From the NCBI RefSeq assembly GCF_030144855.1, contig NC_082738.1:13702001-13766000 (forward strand): DNA of 64,000 nt. The letters are read 5' to 3'. Positions 12,471-24,500 of the stretch are shown one piece after another (the first letter of the stretch is position 1; each line of letters begins with the position of its first letter). Origin of the DNA: Hypanus sabinus (taxonomy: Eukaryota). The notes below the pieces were generated by a model. It worked only from the letters and a program-made list of their open reading frames with translations, was not told the DNA's origin and made no database searches. The position numbers and the translations under genes are program-made.

Positions 12471-15399
12471 GTTGGCATTATTCTGCTGGATATATGGAGT
12501 TATGAACACCTGGCACTTGGCATTTATCCCAATCCCCTCAGAAAAACTATATTGACAAAATTATGTAGCGCCTTGCACACTTTCAGGATGTTCCAAAGTA
12601 CTCCACAATCACTCTGCAAGTCTTCACAGCAAGATTTTTTTTTAAAGCCAGTGTTTATCACAACAGGTTACTAAATGTCCAAGACACTGACAGAAGAACA
12701 GCTCTGCAATTCTTCCATTAGTGCAATGAGATCTTGACCAAGTTGGCAGTCACAGGGGCCTTAAGTTTAAATGCTTTATTAAAAAAAAACTTTTGTAGCA
12801 ATACAACAGGCCCTTGGTGGTGAAATGAAAAATCACCAGTCTGGTTAGTGCGAAGGGGCAGTGCTCCATTGAAGATTGTAATATTGAGCTGGAATAATTT
12901 CAAAGGAACTGAAATTAAATAAGGGAGATAACTGTAGGTGAGTTAATGCAATGAAACATTCTGGGAATACAAGGTGGTGAGAACCCAGTGATTTTATTTC
13001 TGTGGTTTCCACCCATCCTAATTTGGTTTCTAAATTACATCTCATTACAGTCTCTGTGCCAGGAAACACACTTGTTTCACTGTCTATCATGGACAATCAA
13101 AGAAAATTGTTCCTCTCACTTTCCAAATAATTGCCAAGTCAGAGAGGAAAAGTGGAGAAATGCACAGTTGCATGACAGGTTGAGGGTGACAGTTACTTGG
13201 ATTAATTTTTTTTCAATTAAAGGCAAGCCTATTTTTACAGCTTTGTTACACAACTGGAAAATGAGAACAGCAGCTGTTGAATAACAAAGAAAAGCAACTT
13301 TTCAATACTATGAAACAATCTCTGGCAGATCAACAAATCAAACCTTAAATGTGGAGTAATTTTGTAGCACAACTTACTGCGCTGTCACACTAACCACTAC
13401 GTAGACCATTATGTTCTTTTACATGTAATCATAAATACCATCCTCTTCTCCCAATAAATGGTGATTCATACTGCAGTTTCTCATCACATTGTCTCTCTAG
13501 ACAATGAAGTGTCTGCTGGCTCTTTGATGAGGAGAAGCAGAAAAATCGTAGTGAAATCCAATTCTCCTCTCAACTGACAACTTCACAGTAGATGAAATAC
13601 TGCCTGATGCCTGGCACAGTATTCATTCTCTTGTCTAATCCAAAGGAGTAACCAACTTTCATTTAAATTGCTAACATCCAAGATGCTTTTAGTGCAAATC
13701 ATTGTTGTGTAAGCCTAAGTGGTTGTATGCTTGCACCACCACAAAAGCAAGTCAGACTAATCTATGTAGAAGTACTGGAAGAGGGGGAAATATTCTGCCA
13801 GGGCTGCGTTGGTAATTAACCAGAGATTGGGGACATTTCCTTACACTGGCCCACCCAATCAGAATAGATAAGTGCCTGTGTTTAAAGGTGAAACAAATTG
13901 AAATTCCTATCTATACAACACCCCGCAGTCAAGCACTTAAGAACCAACAGGAGCAAGGCTTGAATCTTTGCTGAGGTCATTTAAATAGAAACCAATGGAT
14001 TAGCCTACACTTTTAAAAAATAATCACAACTTGGCGTTGCACTCAAACATCTGGTACAACACATCCTTAAGTACACAATTCATAAGACTGACTCACCAGG
14101 AAATGGTGGAAGAGATTTCCAGCCAAAAGTAAATATTTTAATCCAGGTCTATCAGATTTTCCCTTCATCAGTGTTAAATCAAAAGGACAATGCATTATTT
14201 TTAAACAAAATGCCAATGGGAAATACCAGTTTGGAGTTAGAACTTGTAAAGATGTTTTTATACCCAGTTTAGAGCAACTAACCTGCTGTCTGTCCATTAC
14301 ACCATATGACTCAAATGACTTTCAAACCATTTCCTCAGGGGGGAATACTAACTTGCTCTCCTTTTTAAATCATTATTAATCAGCATTCTTTTAACCTCTT
14401 TCATCCACTGACCAATCAAAAGAAATATCAATAAAGAAAACTATTTCCTCAATATTACATGGCATTTTATCTAAAAAAAACCTCAAAATTAATTGATTCA
14501 AATTACTTAGCAAATGCCTCAACTCTTTTCTACTGGTTCTTCCAGAAACATTCATTGCAGCAAAAATTTCATTCCAAAATGTTCTCACTGAACAGTCCCA
14601 CAGAAAGACACACTAAATATAAACTCAATTACATGTACAAAAGTTCTTGATCATTATCAAGAGATCAGGTGAACAGTGGCGCTATGCTCAGCTAAATACC
14701 CTTCCAGTTACCAAGCAGAGACAGTACATATATACTGCAAGTCTTCCATGGAGGAAAACTATTAAATTTTAAAAGACACATCTGAAGTCTTAATTAACTC
14801 ACTGTACACAATGTCAATACAAGCATAGAGGCAAAAGCCAGCAACTTTCTAATTAAGGACATTAGATTTTAGCTGGATGCTTTACATTCAAATAATTTCT
14901 TCAAACACATTTCAACCGACGTCCACAATTCAGTACTACATGTAGACTACTTCTCTCAATAGTCATTACCAGCTCCGCATCATCAAGAAAAAAATTATAT
15001 AGAAATAAGAACGTATACATTATAAGTAATCAACGATTAGATGGAGCCACAGAACAGCAGTTTTAAAATATAATTGTCGCACAAAATACAGTATATCAAG
15101 AAAATGAACATCAGTAAACTCTTAAGCAAACTTTCATTTTAATTTGGAAATTACCCATTGAGTCCTTCGAATTACTAAGGTAGAATTCCGAGAGAAACAT
15201 AGACTCTGGAAGTAATCATTGAGATTAAAAGGACTGAATAACCTAATGTGGTGGTACAGAAGAACTCACTTCAACAAGTGGATAAGTGTTCAAATACAGC
15301 ACTGAGAAAAAAGTGAGATAACTTCAGTTAATTAAATATAGAAAAACCAAAACGCGATTTCAGATTTTTAAAAAGTCATTCATCAGTAAAGATCCCAAG

Positions 15400-16080
15400 A
15401 AACACACAGTAAGTATAATTTTAACCGCAAGCCCAGAGAACGCCTTGACCTTCTTTACCGTCTCGGTCCGGCCAAGTTTTGACACCTATATTTCCCCAAC
15501 ATCACACACTTTTTGGTCATATTTATTTTCTCTTCACCTGTTCGGATATTCTTCCTCTGATTATTTTCCAAATGTCAAGCGAAAATGAACTATTCCGACA
15601 AACGATCTCTCTCTCTCTCTCACGCACAGCTCGACGAACGCACCTGCCGCCTCTGCGCTGTTCTAATTTCCCAGACTGACGGCGCTGCCTCGAGTTCTGA
15701 AGCCACGCACCAGCAAATGACCTCAGCGCGCCTCAGTTAAGGCTCCGTCATCCTTGCGAGTCCTCCGGTCTGCAGAGGGCGCTTGAGTTTAAACGACGTT
15801 GATCAAATGGGATAAGGTTGAAGCCCGTTTTAATGAGTACTCCCGCTGGTCCTCCGAGTTTGAAAAGAGCGTTGGAGTCGCAGTTGGCTTGCGATCGTTC
15901 GGTCCCTGAAGTCAAACAGTACCCCCTAGAGGATTGGGATATTTTTAGTGTTTAGTGGATATATGCCGTCCACTGGGTGTAGTCGCATTACCACGCTTTC
16001 TTGTAAAATTATGGAATGGTCGAGATTGAGGGTCACAGAGGGAGAACATTCGACCCTTGATATCAACCGCAGGCCGCTTC
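15400..16080 (-). promoter_or_regulatory. CpG-rich putative promoter and non-coding first exon of an unidentified downstream gene, probably minus strand
   Basis: Unique sequence with many retained CpGs against CpG-depleted flanks. SBS-like ttctaatttcccagactgac at 15661-15680. Minus-strand donor candidates CAG|GTGCGT (exon end 15644) and ACG|GTAAAG (exon end 15459). Confidence 0.55.
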
Positions 16081-16635
16081 ATCCCATTACCCAGATCTCA
16101 TTCTAAGTTACAGCACAGTAAGTGTTCAAGTTTATCATTGTCATGGGCATGCATACCCTGGGTATAAATGCCATGAAAATTATCTTTTTGCAGCAACAGT
16201 ACAGTTCATCCAGGGGCATTATAAATATGATGAGAGGGTTCTATCGCACTTTAAAACAGGGAGTTCCAGGATCTCACCAGTATCTTGGTGAAAATATTTT
16301 TCCTCTAAATACTTTAAATATTTCTGGTCAACACTAGTATCATATTGAATGGCAGAGACCCCTAACCAAGGAAACACTTCATTGGTAACATTCAGTAAAG
16401 ATTCATATGGAAAAAAAAGTCTTAAAGTGAAAAAAAACTTTCAAAGTAACTGAAAGATACTCAATTGACAAATAAATAAGACTAACAGCTACTCCAGGCT
16501 CAAAATCATTCCCATGATTTTTGGCCTCTGTTAATGTTAACTGCAACCATGGTAAATACACCAAATCATTAAGTGGCCATATTGTTCCAGAGTTAAGTTA
16601 CTTTGTAGAATCAAAATTTGATCTGACAAAATAAT

Positions 16636-17375
16636 TCTGGTAAAATGGCGGTGCACTTGGACGCAGCGGCCACTGGGTCCAGTCAAAGGTGTAGTTGTTC
16701 ATCTTGTTTGTCTTTTTTACAATCGCAAGACACTGCTGGATACTAAGAACATCAAGTACTGCAGAACTATCCCATCAGTGAGTTGCTCTGCAGCGATGGG
16801 GCTGAACTTAATATGTACTGCTGTTGTGTTGTCACCTGGACTTGTTGTCCAACAGTACGTTGGATGGTGTACAGTCAGAAAAAAAGTGCGAGTGATTGTC
16901 TTGGATGTTTTTATTGTGGTCACAAGATCCTGTTGGACATTAGTAACTGCAAGTCCAGTTTATGGATTCATTGGTAAGACCAATGGCAGAGGAGTTGCGT
17001 TGCTTCAGTTATGGCGAGGACTAGGCCTAGGCCTTGGGGTAGTGACTTGCAGTCACCCAGGGGAGGAGACACCGAGGCAGTACAGGAGAGGCCTTTGTGG
17101 CATGTTGGAATCCATTATAGCTTGGGGGTTGGCCCTCCTGATGGTGCTGCCCTCTGGTGCTTGCACAGTGGTAGAACAGACTGGACACTCAGGGACTTGG
17201 GCTATACTTTTTTTTCTTTGTAACTGTATGCTTTTCTGAAATTGTACCCATATGTGTTAGTTGTGCTATGTGCTGTTGGTAATGCGTTTTGGCCCTGGAG
17301 GAACGCTGTTTTGTTTGGCTATATTCAAATATGGTTGAATGATAACTAAACTTGAATTTCAACTTAAACTTGAAA
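16636..17375 (+). mobile_element. Non-autonomous retroposon (ggtaaaatggcg head, Rex1/L2-type tail)
   Basis: Head ctggtaaaatggcggtg; tail ggttgaatgataactaaacttgaa...cttgaa; no credible ORF. Confidence 0.55.
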
Positions 17376-17785
17376 TAAAATGGGAATAGTGTATGGTTAA
17401 AGAAAATGGGTTTTTGATGGTTGGCAGATTCAGTGGGTTGAAGGGCTTGTTTCCATGTGGTATGACTCTATGAAACAATATTGACTGATTAAAATCCCAA
17501 AATTCTGATCAGTCATTGTCTCCAAGTTCCAAACTATATTAATAAAAATCTTCACACTTAATACTCTCACGCCAAAGTGGCAATTGTGTACTCAGAAGCA
17601 AATTACAAAAAGATCAGATTCCAGAGTTATCTCTGCAGTATTATGCTCGATAGTTGTAGAGCTGAAATGATTTGACTCCTTGCACACTGGGATCAAATAT
17701 GAGAGCTTCGTCCTAAGGAAAGCAGGAAAACAGATATTATTAGACATCACTGATGGCTGCAAATCTTATTGAATTTGAGAAAGAT

Positions 17786-18040
17786 TGGCACGATGGCACA
17801 GGTAGTGGAGCTTCTGCCTCACAGCTCTGGCAATCCAGGTTCAATCCCAGGTGCTGTCTGTTTGAGGTTTTTAGATTCTCCCCGTGACAAATGGATTTCC
17901 TTTGTGTGCTGTGGTTTCCAACCACATCCCAAACATATATTTTGTAGATTAATTGGCCATTGTAAATTGTCTCGCGCGGTAGAGTCTGAAGGAAGTCTGA
18001 GGAGAATAAAATGGGATTAGTGTAGGGCCTTGTGCCTATT
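17786..18040 (+). mobile_element. tRNA-derived SINE (V-SINE/HE1-like), degraded
   Basis: A-box-like tggcacaggtagtgg and B-box ggttcaatccc; V-domain-like tggtttcc...cacatcccaaa; tail taattggccattgtaaattg. Confidence 0.7.
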
Positions 18041-18294
18041 CAACCAACATAAAATGATGGAATGGAGACCAAGTTTGCAGATCAATTCATTAATTGGTTG
18101 AATTATTTCTTCAAGCATCACCGGAATCTGCCAGGAACAGATAATAAGCTCCCTCATGTGCAATGGGGGACCCATTGCTTGGTGTAAACAAAGCTGGATT
18201 GCAATTGACCGAAAAGACACTAAGATAGCACTCTAACATCATAATTGTTACTAGTTATGGCTGTGAAAAACTGAAATCTGTTGGTTATTTAGGT

Positions 18295-18300
18295 TTTATT
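18295..18300 (-). terminator. Putative polyadenylation signal (AATAAA) of the FAM186-like gene
   Basis: tttatt on the plus strand, about 190 nt downstream of the predicted stop at 18487. Confidence 0.55.
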
Positions 18301-18486
18301 GAAATAAGAAAGACATTACAAAAAAAGAACCAAAAGCATAACACTTATGATGAAGTTCAGCTGTGATTGCAGCAAAAACTTTACCTCCGCCGAAGGAAAA
18401 TAAATTTGCTTGAAGATGTGTCAATTGCAAAGGCCATATTTTTGTCCAAGAGCAAATGTGTGAATGGCCTCTCCTACAATACTTAT

Positions 18487-18523
18487 CTATGTATTCATCA
18501 CTATTTGTCGAAAAGAATTCTTT
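18487..18523 (-). CDS. FAM186A: FAM186-like terminal exon 8 (KNSFRQIVMNT-stop)
   Basis: Acceptor ttttcttcaccag|, phase-compatible with exon 7; TAG at 18489-18487; AATAAA downstream. Confidence 0.65.
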
Positions 18524-21500
18524 CTGGTGAAGAAAATATTGATGAAAATACATTTAAACAACATTGTAAGAGTTAAAATTCTAGCTAAATTCAACTAGTT
18601 AAACTAAAAAAAAACAGGAGTAAGTCTCATTGATGTTAGTCACACACAACTACAGGTTGTCATAAAAATCCATCTGGCTTTTGAGGAGGAAATCTGTCAT
18701 CGTTACCTGGTCTGCTTTGTATGAGACTTCAGAACCACCAATGTGGTTGACTCTTAATAGACTTCTTGGTTCATGGGCAATTCGGGATGGACAATAAATG
18801 ATGACATTGCAAGTGACCCCCACATCCCATAAGCAAATTAAAATATTTGCAAATTAAAAAAGAGCAAGAAATAGTTCCAGATTTAAGAAAGTAATATCAG
18901 CTAAGTGCTTGAAGATACACCAGGGCAGGATGAAATGTTTGAAGGAGACAAGACTGGGACCTCGCATTGACCAGTATACCTTGAGGGAAAGGATGAGTAA
19001 GTCAAATGAAGTTCAGCGACAGGATGGAACCCAAAGTCCGCAGAGCATCAGTAACCCAGGCACAGTCTCAGAAGAGCACGTCAACACTACAGACCACTGC
19101 TCACAGGAAAGACAAGGCCAGTCAGCAGAAAAGAAGTTGCAGGTGAAAAAGCAATGTGTGAAATGGCCGAAAACCTGTAACAAGAAAGAGTGGGCAACGG
19201 TCAACGAGGATCCATGCAGACTCCTCAGTGAACTAAAGGGCACAGTTGGGAAGAGAACTGAGAGGATGGGCAACCTCATATACAACTATGGAACAGAAAG
19301 ATTTGGAGTGGCAAAAATAATTAAGACAAAGCTGTCTGCACAGCCCAAATCAAGAAGGCAAAAGGAGATAGAGAGTGTCGTTAAGAAGACATAGCAACTG
19401 AAGAAACAGTGGAGAAGATCAACCACGGAGGAAAGAGAGGGAATCAGCATCCTGCAGACAGAACTAAAGGCACAACGGTCAACTCTAAGGAGAGCAGAAA
19501 ACCTCAGGCTTCAAAGAAAGAACACACTTGGACATGATTCTATAAGGACCACTACAAGATCATGAAAAGCATTTTCACAAAGCAGAAGAATGGAACCGCT
19601 AAGATGTCAAAGGAAGAGTTGGAAGATCATCCGAAGCTGAGATACTCAAACAGCTGGAGAGCTGAACACATCTCAATACCTTCAGATATGCCAGCCATCC
19701 ACCCTCTACATCAGCAATTTGACATCAGTTCCTCCAGATACAGTGAGATAATAAAAGTAGAAAAGCGGGCAAGGGCTGTTTCAGCACCAGGGCCAAATGG
19801 AGTTCCGTAGAAACTCTACAAAAATGCACCAAGAGTCCTGAACCTCTTATGGAAACAGATGAAGGAGGACTGGAAGAATAAGCTTATTACTTGAGCATGC
19901 TAGTGGGCAGGAGGAATTCTAATTACTAAAGAAAAAGATTCCTCAGATATTGGACAGTTTCAGTAAATAAATCTATTAAATGTTGAAGGGAAAATATTTT
20001 TCAGTGTCATAGTACAAAGGATGTCTACTTACCTGGAGAAGAACAACTTCATCAACTTCAGCGTTGGTATGATGTAAACCTCAGTGATACAAATCAAGTG
20101 AAACTGCTGAGAGAAGAAATCATCAAAGGGCTTAAAGCCATGGATAACAACTTGCTGCCAGGAAACCTCAAGCTGTGGGGCCTTCAGTTTGGATTGCTCC
20201 CTCAGGTGTTGTAACCACTGACTCTGTATGAAGTCCTCATCACTCATGTTGAAAAGTTGGAGAGGACAGTTAGTTCTTTCATTAAGAAGTGGATGGGCCT
20301 ACCAAGATCGCTAAGTAACATCTACCTGTATGGAAGAGGAGCTCTGGAGTTGTCTGTCACAGGGCTGACTGAAGAGTTCAAGTGTGCCAAGGTGAGGTTT
20401 GAGATGACTCTCTTGGAACCTGTGACAGAGTTGTCCATGATACTGAACCCAGGACCCTAACAGGGAGAAAGTGGTGTCCAGCAGGGTCAATAAAACAGGC
20501 AAAAGCAGCACTCAGGTTCGCAGACATGGTGGGTCAGGTGCAATCTGAAAGAGGGGGGCCTTGGTACAGGCTTAATTAGACCCATTTGGCAAAAGGCAAC
20601 AACACAAAAGCAAAGGCGAGCTATGGTGGTGGAGGAGGTACAGCGACAGGTGGAGCAGATGAGGTATGCAAGGGCAGTGTTTCAGGCAAAACAGTGACTG
20701 AACAAGGTGGGAAAACATTGGGAAAAGAAAATTCAGCTGGAAAGACTAATGGGAAAAGGAAGGAAGAAAGATTAGGTTCCTTATAAGAGCTGTTTATGAC
20801 TCCCAAAAATCTGAACCAGTGGCTCAGTGAAGACCCAGCTTGTCCAGTCTGTGGAAGAACAGCAAACCTCAGGCACATCCTCTCATCTTGCAAAGTAAGC
20901 CTCACTCAAGGAAGCTACCAGGTCCTCAGATGCTTGTCACCCAATGTGAAGAAGCAAAGGCTGAATAACAACTCCAAGCCCCATATGACTGGAAGAACCA
21001 CCATCTCCTTTGTCCAGCAAGGGCAGACAGTGCTACCCTCAGTGACATGGTTGGTGTCAGGCATACTGGAGCCTGCTCCTGACTGGAACATGGCTGTTGA
21101 CCTTGATAAAAGGCTAATATTTGTCCCAGAGATAGCCACTACCACCCTCAGACCAGATTTGGTCTTGTGGTCCAGCATTCTGGAGGTTGTAGTAATCTCA
21201 GAGCTCACGGTGCCCTGGGCAGATGCAGTCTGCGAGGCGTACGAGTGGAAACATGTAAGATACGCTGAGCTGGCCACAGATGCCAAGCAGCGTGGATGGA
21301 AGGTGCAGATTTTCCCAGTAGATGTTAGCTGTAGAGGATATGTGGCTACTTTCATGGTCAGATTGCTGAAGGGATTGGGAGTCTGAGACCAGGGCCAGCG
21401 GCAAGCTATAAAGAACCTTCGGAGGTAGCCAAGTGAAGCAGCTGCTGGTTATGGATGAAGAGGAGCAATGGCAGCTGGGCCCTAAAATGACCCATGGGTG

Positions 21501-24500
21501 GCTAGATGTGAAGGGGGTGCATCTGGGATGCCGGGTCGCATTGTTGAGTCTTCTGGAGATGTAGTGGGCTTAAATTGACTTAACATCCGGGGGGGGGGGG
21601 GGTTGCACACATGATGACCCCTGGGAAGCATCTGCCACCCACCAAACCCCACCTCAAGATCTCTATGCTATGACCCAAGTTAAGATCTGCTTATCAAAGG
21701 GATTGAAATATCTAGTCCTATGAGGACTTCTAGCACCCAGGCCATGCCCTTTTCTCACTGTTACCATCAGGTAGGAAGTACAGAAGCCTGAAGGCACACA
21801 CTCAGAGATTCAGGAACAGCTTCTTCCCCTCTGCCATCCAATTCCTAAATGGACATTGAAGCTTTGGACACTACCTCTCTTTTTTTTAATATACAGTATT
21901 TCTGTTTTTGCACATTTTAAAAATCTATTCAATATACGTAATTGATTTACTTGTTTATTTATTATTATGTTTTATTTTTTTTATTATTTTTTTCTCTCTT
22001 TGCTAGATTACGTATTGCATTGAACTGCTGCTGCTAAGTTAACAAATTTCACGTCACATGCTGGTGATAATAAACCTGATTCTGATTCTGATTCAAACTC
22101 TGACAATTTAGTGGGTTTAATTGCCCTACTGTATCCAACTCTGTATCAAACTGACACTCAATGCTAAGATTAATGCTTAATTTCCCCAATAACAGTTAAT
22201 TTGCTTCAGGAAGATCAAGTGGACTTTGTGCCCACTTAACTGCTATGAAACAAGTGTAGTACATTTGTCAAGTTGATCCACCACTGATTCATCTATTGCA
22301 TAAGCTTCTCCATATCTCCTTGAAGTCTATTACTATCCTCCTCAAAATTCACTATGCCTCTGACCCTAACCCTACACCTGAGCATCTGTGTTGAGACTTG
22401 CTCATAAAAGTACGAGACAGTGAACAGAATCTGGAGCATAACAGATACCAGACTGGAACTCTTACCCATCCATTGTCACTAATTTAGGAGGCGCTGGAAA
22501 CAAAATTGGGCTAACAGGGTCCTTCTTGGCAATTGGAACACTTCCATCCACAATATTTGTTGACCATAAATGGGAGTTCCTGACAAAGCACAAGAGGTTT
22601 TATTAATGGAGTTATTAATGTAGCTATGAGTATGTTCAGGAATAAAATTAAAACCTTTCCTGAATCATACCCAATCACAGCTAATCCAAACCTTGACACA
22701 AAACAATTTGTTTAATCACCTTTTTTCAAAGCCTCCTCTGTATATATAGTCAGGTCTTTATGGGCTCAGATCAGGGAAATATCTCTATTCAGAGATAAGG
22801 GAATGTAAAAGGGACAGGATTTGGCCCCTTGAGCCCACTCCTCCATCCTACAGCATTGTGGCTGATAATCCAATTTCACTCTTTCAAACTTTTCCCACAT
22901 CACACATGATAGTGGCCACAGCTGGATCTAGCTTTCCCTCTGGGTATTATCCCTTACAATATCTTTGCCTGGCAATTATATATCAGACAAAGGTACTCTG
23001 ATACTCTCGTTGAGGAAATTAAAATAGGGAAATGAGCTATTTGAGTTTGGGTGCATAAATGATTGGGGCAATGTTTATCACTGGGCCATCATCTGGTGCA
23101 TCGACAACTAATGTGTAGGAGTTGAATTAATGGGCACTGGTGGTCACATCTTCCTTTCCAAATCTTGGCAGATCACATTAACATATCATAATGATATGAT
23201 CCACTTTATTCACAATTGCCAACAGATATCTCAAAGTACCCTAATGGTCCCACCTTTGTCTACAAAGAATACGTTGGTTTAATCAGTTAAAATTCCTTAA
23301 AGTTTAAATGCTGAGCTCCTACCTCATTCTAAGTAAAGTAGATGGCATACCATTGCCTTGACCATGGGTACAACATGATCTCTCAGATGCCACTGCTAAC
23401 ATTGGCTGGCAAAGGGACCGAAAATGCTTCTGTGTCTTTGTGTCTACTGGTCTGGTAGCCAGCAATGGATTGAGCAACAGCAAGCCTGTGTGGTGTTTAA
23501 GCTTAAAAAAAAATACAAACACATTGATAATGTATTCTTTTTATGTTGTGTCCTTTCAAATCTGCTGAGGTACAATTTCTCACCTGAGCAAAACACGTTT
23601 CAAATAGTCAGCAGGTCATTTGTGGCGAGAGCTGAAGTGTACACAAGGAAACAGATGTGCTTGTCCTTAATGGTTCAGGATAAACATGTGCATGCATATC
23701 CATAACTTGACATTATACACATATTTAAAACTATTATTGGATCTCATCTCCTGAGATAGCCAAATCTTTCAGATTGATGACCTTGCATCAGAATTTCTCT
23801 GTAAACACAAAATACTCTGCAGATGCTGGGGTCAAAGCAACACATACAACACGCTGGAGCACCTCAGCAGGTCGGGCAGCATCCATGGAAATGAGCAGTC
23901 AACATTTCGGGCTGAGACCTGACAAAGGGTCTCGGGCTGAAACGTTGACTGCTGGTTTCCATGGATGCTACAGAATTTCTCTATATCTTGAAACTTGTCT
24001 ATCTTATACTTTTCGCAGTTGTGATAAACGGTCATTGACCCAAAACAATGTTTCTCATTCCACTGATGCAGCCTGACCTGAGTATTTTCAGTATCCTGTC
24101 TTTATTCTAAATGTACATCCAGAAATCTGCACCTACCTGATTGAACAAGTTGATTATTTGATTTAAGTGCCTTTGGCGATTCTGGCATATCAGTCGCTGT
24201 CTTGTGTCCCAGTGCTGTATTGTAGATATTAGACGTGCTTTGAGTCTGCTGGCAAATCTGTACAGATTCTCAGGAACCTCTTTATCTTTATTGCTGAGAT
24301 CTAATATCCTGCTGTTCAAATATTTTCTTGAGAGAAATAATTATATAAAAAGGTGATTAATAAACCTGGCCTCTTGCTTTAGGTGTTTCTCTGCCACTAT
24401 ATTCTGATCGATCTGTTTCATAGCTTAAATTACAGGCCTAACTGAGTACCCCAGCTTTTCCCTGAAGACTGACTGTTCTGGAATGCACTGGCTCAAGAAA

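Noticed and set aside
17786-17860. tRNA gene
   Set aside because: A and B boxes are present, but there is no cloverleaf and a SINE body follows.
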